Source: Eledone cirrhosa (lineage: Eukaryota). Taken from it: a DNA stretch of 64,000 nucleotides. The translations under genes were made by a program, and so were the position numbers. Below the pieces are notes generated by a model. The model ran no database searches, had not been told where the DNA came from, and saw only the letters and a program-made list of their open reading frames with translations. This document shows, in pieces, positions 1 to 15,000 of the stretch. The number at the start of each line of letters is the position of its first letter. Within the stretch, counting starts at the first letter, position 1. The stretch spans positions 322,462,001 through 322,526,000 of the forward strand of contig OZ024743.1 in the NCBI GenBank assembly GCA_964016885.1. Reading direction: 5' to 3'.

Positions 1-3000
1 GGAGCTACAGTATAACACATTTACCCACCTCGATCTGGGACCTTAACTTGGAGCTACAGTAAATCACACTTACCCACCTCGATCTGTGTCCTTAACTTGG
101 AACTACAGTAAAACACACATACCCAACCTAGATCTGGGTCTTTAACTTGGATCTACAGTAAAACATATTTACCCATCCCGATCTGGGTCCTTAACTTGGA
201 GCTACAGTAAAAGACACTTACCCACATTGATCTATGTCCTTAACTTGGAGCTGCAGTAAAAGACACTTACCCACCTTTTCTGGGTCCTTAACTTGGAGCT
301 ACAGTAAAACACACTTACCCACTTTGATCTGGGTCCTTAAATTGGAGCTACAGTTAAACACACATAACCAACCTAGATCTGGGTCCATAACTTGGAGCTA
401 CAGTAAAACATACTTACCCACCTCGATCTGGGTCCTTAACTTGGAGCTAAAGTAAAACATACTTACCCACCTTGATGTGGGTCCTTAACTTGGAGTTACA
501 GTAAAAGACACTTACCCACCTCGATCTGGGTCCTTAACTTGGAGCTACAGTAAAACACACTTACCCACTTTGATCTGGGTCCTTAAATTGGAGCTACAGT
601 TAAACACATATAACCAACCTAGATCTGGGTCCATAACTTGGAGATACAGTAAAAGATACTTATCCACCTCGATCTGGGTACTTAACTTAGAGCTACTGCA
701 GAAGACACTTACCCACCTCGATCTGGGTCCTTAACTTGGAGTTACAGTAAAAGACACTTACCCACCTCGATCTGGGTCCTTAACTTGGAGCTACAGTAGA
801 ACATACTTACCCAACCTAGATCTGGGTCCTTAACTTGGAGCTACAGTAAATCATACTTACCCACTTTGATCTGGGTCCTTAACTTGCAGCTACAGAAAAA
901 CACACTTACCCACCTAGATCTGGGTCTTTAACTTGGAGGTACGATAAAACACACTTACCCACCTCGATCTGGTTCCTTAAATTGGAACTACAGTAAAACA
1001 TATTACCCACCTCGATCTGGGTCCTTAACTTGGAGCTACAGTAAAAGACACTTACCCACCTCGATCTGGGTCCTTAACTTGGAGCTAAAGTAAAACATAC
1101 TTACCCACCTTGATGTGGGTCCTTAACTTGGAGCTACAGTAAAAGACACTTATCCACCTCGATCTGGGACCTTAATTTGGAGCTACAGTAAAACACACTT
1201 ACTCACCTCGATCTGGGTCATTAACTTGGAGCTAGAGTAAAAGACACTTACCCACCTCGATCTGGGTCCTTAACTCGGAGCTACTGTAAAACACGCTTAC
1301 CCACCTGATCTGCGTGCTTAACTTAGAGCCACAGTAAAAGACACTTACCCACCTCGATCTGGGTCCTTAACTTGGAGATACAATAAAACACACATACCCA
1401 CATTGATCTGGGTCCTTAACTTGGAGCTACACTAAAAGACACTTACCCACACTGATCTGTGTCCTTAACTTGGAGCTGCAGTAAAAGACACTTACCCACC
1501 TCGTCTGGGTACTTAACTTGGAGCTACAGTAAAACACACTTACCCACATCGATCTGGGTCCTTAACTTGGAGCTACAGTTAAACACACTTACCCACCTTG
1601 ATTTGGGTCCTTAACTTGGAGATACAGTAAAAGATACTTATCCACCTCGATCTGGGTACTTAACTTGGAGCTACTGCAAAAGACACTTACCCACATCGAT
1701 CTGGGTTTAACTTGGAGCTACAGTAAAACATACTTACCCACCTCGATCTCTGTCCTTAACTTGGCGCTACAGTAAAACACACTTACCCACCTCGATCTGC
1801 GTGCTTAACTTAGAGCTACAGTAAAAGGCACTTACCCACCTCGATCTGGGTCCTTAACTTGGAGCTACAATAAAACACACTTACCCACATTGATCTGGGT
1901 CCTTAACTTGGAGCTACAGTAAAAGAAACTTACCCCCACCGATCTGGGTCCTTAACTTGGAGCTAGAGTAAAACACACTTACCCACCTCAATCTGCGTGC
2001 TTAACTTAGAGCTACAGTAAAAGACACTTACCCACCTTGATCTGGGTCCTTAACTTGGAGCTACAATAAAACACACTTACCCACCTCTATCTGGGTCCTT
2101 AACTTGGAGCTACAGTAAAAGATACTTATCCACCTCGATCTGGGTACTTAACTTGGAGCTACTGCAAAAGACACTTACCCACCTCGATCTGAATACTTAA
2201 CTTGGAGCTACAGTAAAAGACACTTATCCACCTGATCTGGGTTTAACTTGGATGTACAGTAAATCACACTTACCCACCTCCATCTGGTTCCTTAACTTGG
2301 AGCTACAGTAAAAAACACTTACCAACCTGATCTGGGTCCTTAACTTGGAGCTACAGTTAAACACACATAACCAACCTATATCTGGGTCCATAACTTGGAG
2401 CTACAGTAAAAGATACTTACCCACCTCGATTTGGGTCCTTAACTTGGAGCTACAGTAAAAGACACTTACCCACCCCGATCTCTGTCCTTAACTTGGAGCT
2501 ACAGTAAAACACACTTACCCACCTCCATCTGGGTTCTTAACTTGGAGCTACAGAAAAAGACACTTACCCACCTTGATCTTGGTTTACCTTTGAGCTACAG
2601 TAAAACATACTTACCCACCTCTATCTGGGTCCTTAACTTGGAGCTACAGTAAAACACACTTACCCACCTCGATCTGCGTCCTTAACTTAGAGCTACAGTA
2701 AAAGACGCTTACCCACCTCTATCTGGGTCCTTAACTTTGAGCTACGATAAAACACACTTACCCACCGTGATATGGGTCCTTAACTTGGAACTACAGTAAA
2801 ACATATTACCCACCTCGATCTGGGTCCTTAACTTGGAGCTACAGTAAAAGACACTTACCCACCTTGATCTGGGTCATTGACTTGGAGTTACAATAAAAGA
2901 CACTTAATCAACTCGATCTGGGTCCTTTACTTGGAGCTACAGTAAAACACACTTACCCACCTTGATCTGCGTCCTTAACTTAGAGCTACAGTAAAAGACA

Positions 3001-6000
3001 GTTACCCACCTTGTCTGGGTCCTTAACTTGGAGCTACAGTAAAACACACTTACCCACCTGATCTGGATCCTTAACTTGGAGCTACAGTTAAACACACATA
3101 CCCAACCTAGATCTGGGTCCATAGTTTGGAGCTACAGTAAAACATACTTACCCACCTTGATCTGTGTCCTTATCTTGGTGCTACAGTAAAAGATATTTAC
3201 CCACCTCGATCTGCGTCCTTAAATTGGAGCTACAGTAAAAGACACTTACCCACCTCGATCTCTGTCCTTAACTTGGAGCTACAGTAAAAGACACTTACCC
3301 ACCTTGATCTGGGTCCTTAACTTGGAGCTACAGTAAAACACACTTACCCACGTCGACCTGGTACTTAACTTGGAGCTACAATAAAACGCGCTTACCCACC
3401 TCGATCTGCGTCCTTAACTTAGAGCTACAGTAAAAGACAGTTACCCACCTCGATCTGGGTCCTTAACTTGGAGCTACAATAAAACACACTTACCCACATT
3501 GATCTGGGTCCTTAACTTGGAGATACAGTAAAAGACACTTACCCCCATCGATCTGGGTCCTTAACTTGGAGCTACAGTAAAACACACTTACCCAAGCGAT
3601 TTGGGTCCTTAAATTGGAGCTACAGTATAACACATTTACCCACCTCGATCTGGGTCCTTAACTTGGAGCTACAGTAAATGACACTTACCCACCTTATCTG
3701 GGTCCTTAACTTGGAGCTACGGTAAAACACACTTACCCACCTCGATCTGGGACCTTAACTTGGAGCTACAGTAAATCACACTTACCCACCTCGATCTGGG
3801 TCCTTAACTTGGAACTACAGTAAAACACACATACCCAACCTAGATCTGGGTCCTTAACTTGGATCTACAGTAAAACATATTTACCCATCCCGATCTGGGT
3901 CCTTAACTTGGAGCTACAGTAAAAGACACTTACCCACATTGATCTATGTCCTTAACTTGGAGCTGCAGTAAAAGACACTTACCCACCTTTTCTGGGTCCT
4001 TAACTTGGAGCTACAGTAAAACACACTTACCCACTTTGATCTGGGTCCTTAACTTGGAGCTACAGTTAAACACACATAACCAACCTAGATCTGGGTCCAT
4101 AACTTGGAGTTACAGTAAAACATACTTACCCACCTCGATCTGGGTCCTTAACTTGGAGATACGGTAAAAGATACTTATCCACCTCGATCTGGGTACTTAA
4201 CTTAGAGCTACTGCAAAAGACACTTACCCACCTCTATCTGGGTGCTTAACTTGGAGCTACAGTAAAAGACACTTACCCACCTCGATCTGGGTCCTTAACT
4301 TGGAGCTACAGTAGAACACACATACCCAACCTAGATCTGGGTCTTTAACTTGGAACTACTTTAAAACACACTTACCCACCTCGATCTGGTTCCTTAAATT
4401 GGAACTACAGTAAAACATACTTACCCACCTTGATGTGGGTCCTTAACTTGGAGCTACAGTAAAAGACACTTATCCACCTCGATCCGGGACCTTAATTTGG
4501 AGCTACAGTAAAAGACACTTACCCACCTCGATCTGGGTCCTTAACTTGGCCCTACAGTAAAACACACTTACCCACCTGATCTGCGTGCTTAACTTAGAGC
4601 TACAGTAAAAGACATTTACCCACCTCGACTGGGTCCTTAACTTGGCGCTACAGTAAAACACACTTACCCACCTTGATCTGCGTGCTTAACTTAGAGCTAC
4701 AGTAAAAGACACTTACCCACCTTGATCTGGGTCCTTAACTTGGAGCTACAATAAAACACACTTACCCACCCTGATCTGGGTCCTTAACTTGGAGCTACAG
4801 TAAAAGATACTTATCCACCTCGATCTGGGTACTTAACTTGGAGCTACTGCAAAAGACACTTACCCACCTCGATCTGGATACTTAACTTGGAGCTACAGTA
4901 AAAGACACTTACCCACCTGATCTGGGTTTAACTTGGATGTACAGTAAAACACACTTACCCACCTCTATCTGGTTCCTTAACTTGGAGCTACAGTAAAACA
5001 CACATAACCAACCTATATCTGGGTCCATAACTTGGAGCTACAGTAAAACATACATACCCACCTCGATCTGGGTCCTTAACTTGGAGCTACAGTAAAAGAT
5101 ACTTACCCACCTCGATCTGGGTCCTTAACTTGGAGCTACAGTAAAAGACACTTACCCACATCGATCTCTGTCCTTAACTTGGAGCTACAGTAAAACACAC
5201 TTACCCACCTCATCTGGGTCCTTAACTTGGAGCTACAGAAAAAGACACTTACCCACCTTGATCTGGGTTTAACTTTGAGCTACAGTAAAACATACTTACC
5301 CACCTCTATCTGGGTCCTTAACTTGGAGCTACAGTAAAACACACTTACCCACCTCGATCTGCGTCCTTAAATTAGAGCTACAGTAAAAGACGCTTACCCA
5401 CCTCTATCTGGGTCCTTAACTTGGAGCGACGATAAAACACACTTACCCACCGTGATATGGGTCCTTAACTTGGAACTACAGTAAAATATATTACCCACCT
5501 CGATCTGGGTCCTTAACTTGCAGCTACAGTAAAACACACTTACCCACATGATCTGGGTCCTTAACTTGGAGCTACAGTTAAACACACATACCCAACCTAG
5601 ATCTGGGTCCATAACTTGGAGCTACAGTAAAACATACTTACCCACCTTGATCTGTGTCCTTATCTTGGTGCTACAGTAAAAGATATTTACCCACCTCGAT
5701 CTGCGTCCTTAAATTGGAGCTACAGTAAAAGACACTTACCCACCTCGATCACTGTCCTTAACTTGGAGCTACAGTAAAAGACACTTACCCACTTTGATCT
5801 GGGTCCTTAACTTGGAGCTGCAGTAAAACACACTTACCCACGTCGACCTGGTACTTAACTTGGAGCTACAATAAAACGCACTTACCCACCTCGATCTGCG
5901 TCCTTAACTTAGAGCTACAGTAAAAGACAGTTACCCACCTCGATCTGGGTCCTTAACTTGGAACTACAATAAAACACACTTACCCACATTGATCTGGGTC

Positions 6001-9000
6001 CTTAACTTGGAGATACAGTAAAAGACACTTACCCCCATCGATCTGGGTCCTTAACTTGGAGCTACAGTAAAACACACTTACCCAAGCGATTTGGGTCCTT
6101 AAATTGCAGCTACAGTATAACACATTTACCCACCTCGATCTGGGGCCTTAACTTGGAGCTACAGTAAATGACACTTACCCATCTTATTTGGGTCCTTAAC
6201 TTGGAGCTACGGTAAAACACACTTACCCACCTGATCTGGGACCTTAACTTGGAGCTACAGTAAATCACACTTACCCACCTCGATCTGTGTCCTTAACTTG
6301 GAACTACAGTAAAACACACATACCCAACCTAGATCTGGGTCCTTAACTTGGATCTACAGTAAAACATATTTACCCATCCCGATCTGGGTCCTTAACTTGG
6401 AGCTACAGTAAAAGACACTTACCCACATTGATCTATGTCCTTAACTTGGAGCTGCAGTAAAAGACACTTACCCACCTTTTCTGGGTCCTTAACTTGGAGC
6501 TACAGTAAAACACACTTACCCACTTTGATCTGGGTCCTTAACTTGGAGCTACAGTTAAACACACATAACCAACCTAGATATGGGTCCATAACTTGGAGCT
6601 ACAGTAAAACATACTTACCCACCTCGATCTGGGTCCTTAACTTGGAGATACAGTAAAAGATACTTATCCACCTCGATCTGGGTACTTAACTTAGAGCTAC
6701 TGCAAAAGACACTTACCCACCTCGATCTGGGTCCTTAACTTGGAGTTACAGTAAAAGACACTTACCCACCTCGATCTGGGTCCTTAACTTGGAGCTACAG
6801 TAGAACATACTTACCCAACCTAGATCTGGGTCCTTAACTTGGAGCTACAGTAAATCATACTTACCCACTTTGATCTGGGTCCTTAACTTGCAGCTACAGA
6901 AAAACACACTTACCCACCTAGATCTGGGTCTTTAACTTGGAGGTACGATAAAACACACTTACCCACCTCGATCTGGTTCCTTAAATTGGAACTACAGTAA
7001 AACATATTACCCACCTCGATCTGGGTCCTTAACTTGGAGCTACAGTAAAAGACACTTACCCACCTCGATCTGGGTCCTTAACTTGGAGCTAAAGTAAAAC
7101 ATACTTACCCACCTTGATGTGGGTCCTTAACTTGGAGCTACAGTAAAAGACACTTATCCACCTCGATCTGGGACCTTAATTTGGAGCTACAGTAAAACAC
7201 ACTTACTCACCTCGATCTGGGTCATTAACTTGGAGCTAGAGTAAAAGACACTTACCCACCTCGATCTGGGTCCTTAACTCGGAGCTACTGTAAAACACGC
7301 CTACCCACCTGATCTGCGTGCTTAACTTAGAGCCACAGTAAAAGACACTTACCCACCTCGATCTGGGTCCTTAACTTGGAGATACAATAAAACACACATA
7401 CCCACATTGATCTGGGTCCTTAACTTGGAGCTACAGTAAAAGACACTTACCCACACTGATCTGTGTCCTTAACTTGGAGCTGCAGTAAAAGACACTTACC
7501 CACCTCGTCTGGGTACTTAACTTGGAGCTACAGTAAAACACACTTACCCACATCGATCTGGGTCCTTAACTTGGAGATACAGTTAAACACACATATCCAA
7601 CCTAGATCTGTGTCCATAACATGGAGCTACAGTAAAACATACTTACCCACCTTGATTTGGGTCCTTAACTTGGAGATACAGTAAAAGATACTTATCCACC
7701 TCGATCTGGGTACTTAACTTGGAGCTACTGCAAAAGACACTTACCCACATCGATCTGGGTTTAACTTGGAGCTACAGTAAAACATACTTACCCACCTCGA
7801 TCTCTGTCCTTAACTTGGCGCTACAGTAAAACACACTTACCCACCTCGATCTGCGTGCTTAACTTAGAGCTACAGTAAAAGGCACTTACCCACCTCGATC
7901 TGGGTCCTTAACTTGGAGCTACAATAAAACACACTTACGCACATTGATCTGGGTCCTTAACTTGGAGCTACAGTAAAAGAAACTTACCCCCACCGATCTG
8001 GGTCCTTAACTTGGAGCTACAGTAAAACACACTTACCCACCTTGATCTGGGTCCTAAAATTGGAGCTACAGCAAAAGACACTTACCCACCTCGATCTGGG
8101 TCCTTGACTCGGAGCTACAGTAAAACACACTTACTCACCTCGATCTGGGTCCTTAACTTGGAGCTACAGTAAAAGACACTTACCCACCTTGACTGGGTCC
8201 TTAACTTGGCGCTACAGTAAAACACACTTACCCATCTTGATCTGCGTGCTTAACTTAGAGCTACAGTAAAAGATACTTACCCACCTTGATCTGGGTCCTT
8301 AACTTGGAGCTACAATAAAACACACTTACCCACCTCTATCTGGGTCCTTAACTTGGAGCTACAGTAAAAGATACTTATCCACCTCGATCTGGGTACTTAA
8401 CTTGGAGCTACTGCAAAAGACACTTACCCACCTCGATCTGGATACTTAACTTGGAGCTACAGTAAAAGACACTTATCCACCTGATCTGGGTTTAACTTGG
8501 ATGTACAGTAAATCACACTTACCCACCTCCATCTGGTTCCTTAACTTGGAGCTACAGTAAAAAACACTTACCAACCTGATCTGTGTCCTTAACTTGGAGC
8601 TACAGTTAAACACACATAACCAACCTATATCTGGGTCCATAACTTGGAGCTACAGTAAAACATACATACCCACCTCGATCTGGGTCCTTAACTTGGAGCT
8701 ACAGTAAAAGATACTTACCCACCTCGATTTGGGTCCTTAACTTGGAGCTACAGTAAAAGACACTTACCCACCTCGATCTCTGTCCTTAACTTGGAGCTAC
8801 AGTAAAACACACTTACCCACCTCCATCTGGGTTCTTAACTTGGAGCTACAGAAAAAGACACTTACCCACCTTGATCTTGGTTTACCTTTGAGCTACAGTA
8901 AAACATACTTACCCACCTCTATCTGGGTCCTTAACTTGGAGCTACAGTAAAACACACTTACCCACCTCGATCTGCGTCCTTAACTTAGAGCTACAGTAAA

Positions 9001-12000
9001 AGACGCTTACCCACCTCTATCTGGGTCCTTAATTTTGAGCTACGATAAAACACACTTACCCACCGTGATATGGGTCCTTAACTTGGAACTACAGTAAAAC
9101 ATATTACCCACCTCGATCTGGGTCCTTAACTTGGAGCTACAGTAAAAGACACTTACCCACCTTGATCTGGGTCATTAACTTGGAGTTACAATAAAAGACA
9201 CTTAATCAACTCGATCTGGGTCCTTTACTTGGAGCTACAGTAAAACACACTTACCCATCTTGATCTGCGTCCTTAACTTAGAGCTACAGTAAAAGACAGT
9301 TACCCACCTTGTCTGGGTCCTTAACTTGGAGCTACAGTAAAACATACTTACCCACCTTGATCTGTGTCCTTATCTTGGTGCTACAGTAAAAGATATTTAC
9401 CCACCTCGATCTGCGTCCTTAAATTGGAGCTACAGTAAAAGACACTTACCCACCTCGATCTCTGTCCTTAACTTGGAGCTACAGTAAAAGACACTTACCC
9501 ACCTTGATCTGGGTCCTTAACTTGGAGCTACAGTAAAACACACTTACCCACGTCGACCTGGTACTTAACTTGGAGCTACAATAAAACGCGCTTACCCACC
9601 TCGATCTGCGTCCTTAACTTAGAGCTACAGTAAAAGACAGTTACCCACCTCGATCTGGGTCCTTAACTTGGAGCTACAATAAAACACACTTACCCACATT
9701 GATCTGGGTCCTTAACTTGGAGATACAGTAAAAGACACTTACCCCCATCGATCTGGGTCCTTAACTTGGAGCTACAGTAAAACACACTTACCCAAGCGAT
9801 TTGGGTCCTTAAATTGGAGCTACAGTATAACACATTTACCCACCTCGATCTGGGTCCTTAACTTGGAGCTACAGTAAATGACACTTACCCACCTTATCTG
9901 GGTCCTTAACTTGGAGCTACGGTAAAACACACTTACCCACCTAGATCTGGGACCTTAACTTGGAGCTACAGTAAATCACACTTACCCACCTCGATCTGGG
10001 TCCTTAACTTGGAACTACAGTAAAACACACATACCCAACCTAGATCTGGGTCCTTAACTTGGATCTACAGTAAAACATATTTACCCATCCCGATCTGGGT
10101 CCTTAACTTGGAGCTACAGTAAAAGACACTTACCCACATTGATCTATGTCCTTAACTTGGAGCTGCAGTAAAAGACACTTACCCACCTTTTCTGGGTCCT
10201 TAACTTGGAGCTACAGTAAAACACACTTACCCACTTTGATCTGGGTCCTTAACTTGGAGCTACAGTTAAACACGCATAACCAACCTAGATCTGGGTCCAT
10301 AACTTGGAGTTACAGTAAAACATACTTACCCACCTCGATCTGGGTCCTTAACTTGGAGATACAGTAAAAGATACTTATCCACCTCGATCTGGGTACTTAA
10401 CTTAGAGCTACTGCAAAAGACACTTACCCACCTCTATCTGGGTGCTTAACTTGGAGCTACAGTAAAAGACACTTACCCACCTCGATCTGGGACCTTAACT
10501 TGGAGCTACAGTAGAACACACATACCCAACCTAGATCTGGGTCTTTAACTTGGAACTACTTTAAAACACACTTACCCACCTCGATCTGGTTCCTTAAATT
10601 GGAACTACAGTAAAACATACTTACCCACCTTGATGTGGGTCCTTAACTTGGAGCTACAGTAAAAGACACTTATCCACCTCGATCCGGGACCTTAATTTGG
10701 AGCTACAGTAAAAGACACTTACCCACCTCGATCTGGGTCCTTAACTTGGCGCTACAGTAAAACACACTTACCCACCTGATCTGCGTGCTTAACTTAGAGC
10801 TACAGTAAAAGACACTTACCCACCTCGATCTGGGTCCTTAACTTGGAGATACAATAAAACACACTTACCCACATTGATCTGGGTCCTTAACTTGGAGCTA
10901 CAGTAAAAGACACTTACCCACATTTATCTGTGTCCTTAACTTGGAGCTGCAGTAAAAGACACTTACCCACCTCGTCTGGGTCCTTAACTTGGAGCTACAG
11001 TAAAACACACATAACCAACCTAGATCTGGGTCCAGAACTTGGAGCTACAGTAAAACATACTTACCCACCTCGATCTGGGTCCTTAACTTGGAGATACAGT
11101 AAAAGATACTTATTCACCTCGATCTGGGTACTTATCTTGGAGCTACTGCAAAAGACACTTACCCACATCGATCTGGGTTTAACTTGGAGCTACAGTAAAA
11201 CATACTTACCCACCTCGATCTCTGTCCTTAACTTGGCGCTACAGTAAAACACGCTTACCCACATTGATCTGCGTGCTTAACTTAGAGCTACAGTAAAAGA
11301 CACTTACCCACCTCGATCTGGGTCCTTAACTTGGAGCTACAGTAAAAGACACTTACCCACATTGATCTGGGTCCTTAACTTGGAGCTGCAGTAAAGACAC
11401 TTACCCACCTCGTCTGGTTCCTTAACTTGGAGCTACAGTAAAACACACTTAACCACAATGACCTGGGTCCTTAACTTGGAGCTACAGTTAAACACACATA
11501 TCCAACCTAGATCTGTGTCCATAACTTGGAGCTACAGTAAAACATACTTACCCACCTCGATTTGGGTCCTTAACTTGGAGATACAGTAAAAGATACATAT
11601 CCATCTCGATCTGGGTACTTAACTTGGAGCTACTGCAAAAGACACTTACCCACATCGATCTGGGTTTAACTTGGAGCTACAGTAAAAGATACTTACCCAC
11701 CTCGATCTCTGTCCTTAACTTGGCGCTACAGTAAAACACACTTACCCACCTCGATCTGCGTGCTTAACTTAGAGCTACAGTAAAAGGCACTTACCCACCT
11801 CGATCTGGGTCCTTAACTTGGAGCTGCAATAAAACACACTTACCCACAATGATCTGGGTCCTTAACTTGGAGCTACAGTAAAAGAAACTTACCCCCATCG
11901 ATCTGGGTCCTTAACTTGGAGCTACAGTAAAACACACTTACCCACCTTGATCTGGGTCCTTAAATTGGAGCTACAGCAAAAGACACTTACCCACCTCGAT

Positions 12001-15000
12001 CTGGGTCCTTAACTCGGAGCTACAGTAAAAGACATTTACCCACCTCGATCTGTGTCCTTAACTTGGCGCTACAGTAAAACACACTTACCCACCTTGATCT
12101 GCGTGCTTAACTTAGAGCTACAGTAAAAGACACTTACCCACCTAGATCTGGGTCCTTAACTTGGAGCTACAGTAAAACATACTTACCCACCTCGATCTGG
12201 GTTCTTAACTTGGAGCTACAGTAAAACACACTTACCCACCTCGATCTGGGTCCTTAACTTGGAGCTACAGTAAAACACACTTACCCACCTCGATCTGGGT
12301 CCTTAACTTGGAGCTACAGTAAAACACACTTACCCACCTCGATCTGGGTACTTTACTTGGAGCTACAATAAAAGACACTTACCCACCTCGATCTGGAACC
12401 TTAACTTTTAGCTACAGTAAAACACACTCACCCACCTGTATCTGGGTCCTTAACTTGGAGATACAATAAAACACATTTACCCACATTGATCTGGGTCCTT
12501 AACTTGGAGCTACAGTTAAAGACACTTACCCACCTCGATCTGGGTCCTTAACTTAGAGCTACAGTAAAACACACTTACCCACCTTGATCTGGGTCCTTAA
12601 CTTGGAGCTACAGTATAACACACTTACCCACCTCGATCTGCGTCCTTAACTTGGAGCTACAGTAAAACACCCTTACCCACCTCGATCTGGGTCCTTAACT
12701 TGGAGCTACAGTAAAACATACTTACCCACCTGATCTGGGTCCTTAAATTGGAGCTACAGTAAATGACACTTACCCGCCCCTTGATCTGGGTCCTTAACTT
12801 GGAGCTAGAGTAAAACACATTTACCCACCTAGATCTGGGTCCTTAACTTGGAGCTACAGTAAAACATACTCACCCACCTCGATCTGGGTCCTTAACTTGG
12901 AGCTTCAGTAAAAGACACTTACCCACCTCTATCTGGGTCCTTAACTTTCAGCTACAGTAAAACATACTTACCCACCTGATCTGGGTCCTTAAATTGGAGC
13001 TACAGTAAAAGACACTTACCCACCTCGATCTCTGTCCTTAACTTGGAGCTACATTAAAACACACTTACCCACCTCGATTTGGGTCCTTAACTTGGAGCTA
13101 CAGTAAAACACACTTACCCACCTCGATCTTGGTACTTAACTTGGAGCTACAGTAAAACATACTTACCCACCTCTATCTGGGTCCTTAACTTGGAGCTACT
13201 GTAAAACACACTTACCCACACCGATCTGCGTCCTTAACTTAGAGCTACAGTAAAAGACACTTACCCACCTCGATCTGGGTCCTTAACTTGGAGCTACAAT
13301 AAAACACACTTACTCACATTGATCTGGGTCCTTAACTTGGAGATACAGTAAAAGACACTTACCCCCATCGATCTGGGTCCTTAACTTGGAGCTACAGTAA
13401 ATGACACTTACCCACCTCATCTGGGTCCTTAACTTGGAGCTACAGTAAAACACACTTACCAACCTAGATCTGGGACCTTAAATTGGAGCTACAGTAAATC
13501 CCACTTACCCCCCTCATCTGGGTCCTTAACTTGGAGCTACAGTAAAACACACATACCCAACCTAGATCTGGGTCCTTAACGTGGATCTACCGTACAACAT
13601 ATTTACCCACCCTGATCTGGGTCCTTAACTTTGAGCTACAGTAAAAGACACTTACCCACCTCGATATGGGTCCTTGACTTGGAGCTACAGTAAAAGACAC
13701 TTACCCATCTCGATCTGGGTCCTTAACTTGGAGCTAGAGTAAAACACTTACCCATCTCTATCTGGGTCCTTAACTTGGAGCTACAATAAAACACACTTAC
13801 CCACCTCAATCTGGTTCCTTAACTTCGAGCGACAGTAAAACACACTTACCCACCTTGATCTGGGTCCTTAACTTGGAGCTACAGTAAAACACACTTACCC
13901 ACCTCGATCTGGGTCCTTAACTTGGAGCTACAGTAATACACACATACCCAACCTAGATCTGGGTCCTTAACTTGGAACTACAGTAAAACATACTTACCCA
14001 CCTCGATCTGTGTCCTTAACTTGGAGCTGCATTAAAAGACACTTACCCACCTTTTCTGGGTCCTTAACTTGGAGCTACAGTAAAACACACTTACCCACCT
14101 CGATCTGTGTCCTTAACTTGGAGCTACAGTTAAACACACATAACCAACCTAGATCTGGGTCCATAACTTGGAGCTACAGTAAAACATACTTACCAACCTC
14201 TATCTGGGTCCTTAACTTGGCGCTACAGTAAAACACACTTACCCACCTCCATCTGCGTGCTTAACTTAGAGCTACAGTAAAAGACACTTACCCACCTCGA
14301 TCTGGGTCCTTAACTTGGAGCTACAATAAAACACACTTACCCACCTCAATCTGGTTCCTTAACTTGGAGCTACAGTAAAACACACTTACCCACCTCGATC
14401 TGGGTCCTTAACTTGGAGCTACAGTAAAACACACTTACCCACCTCGATCTGGGTACTTTACTTGGAGCTACAATAAAAGACACTTACCCACCTTGATCTG
14501 GAACCTTAACTTTTAGCTACAGTAAAACACACTCACCCACCTGTATCTGGGTCCTTAACTTGGAGATACAATAAAACACATTTACCCACATTGATCTGGG
14601 TCCTTAACTTGGAGCTACAGTTAAAGACACTTACCCACCTCGATCTGGGTCCTTAACTTAGAGCTACAGTAAAACACACTTACCCACCTTGATCTGGGTC
14701 CTTAACTTGGAGCTACAGTATAACACACTTACCCACCTCGATCTGCGTCCTTAACTTGGAGCTACAGTAAAACACCCTTACCCACCTCGATCTGGGTCCT
14801 TAACTTGGAGCTACAGTAAAACATACTTACCCACCTGATCTGGGTCCTTAAATTGGAGCTACAGTAAATGACACTTACCCGCCCCTTGATCTGGGTCCTT
14901 AACTTGGAGCTAGAGTAAAACACATTTACCCACCTAGATCTGGGTCCTTAACTTGGAGCTACAGTAAAACATACTCACCCACCTCGATCTGGGTCCTTAA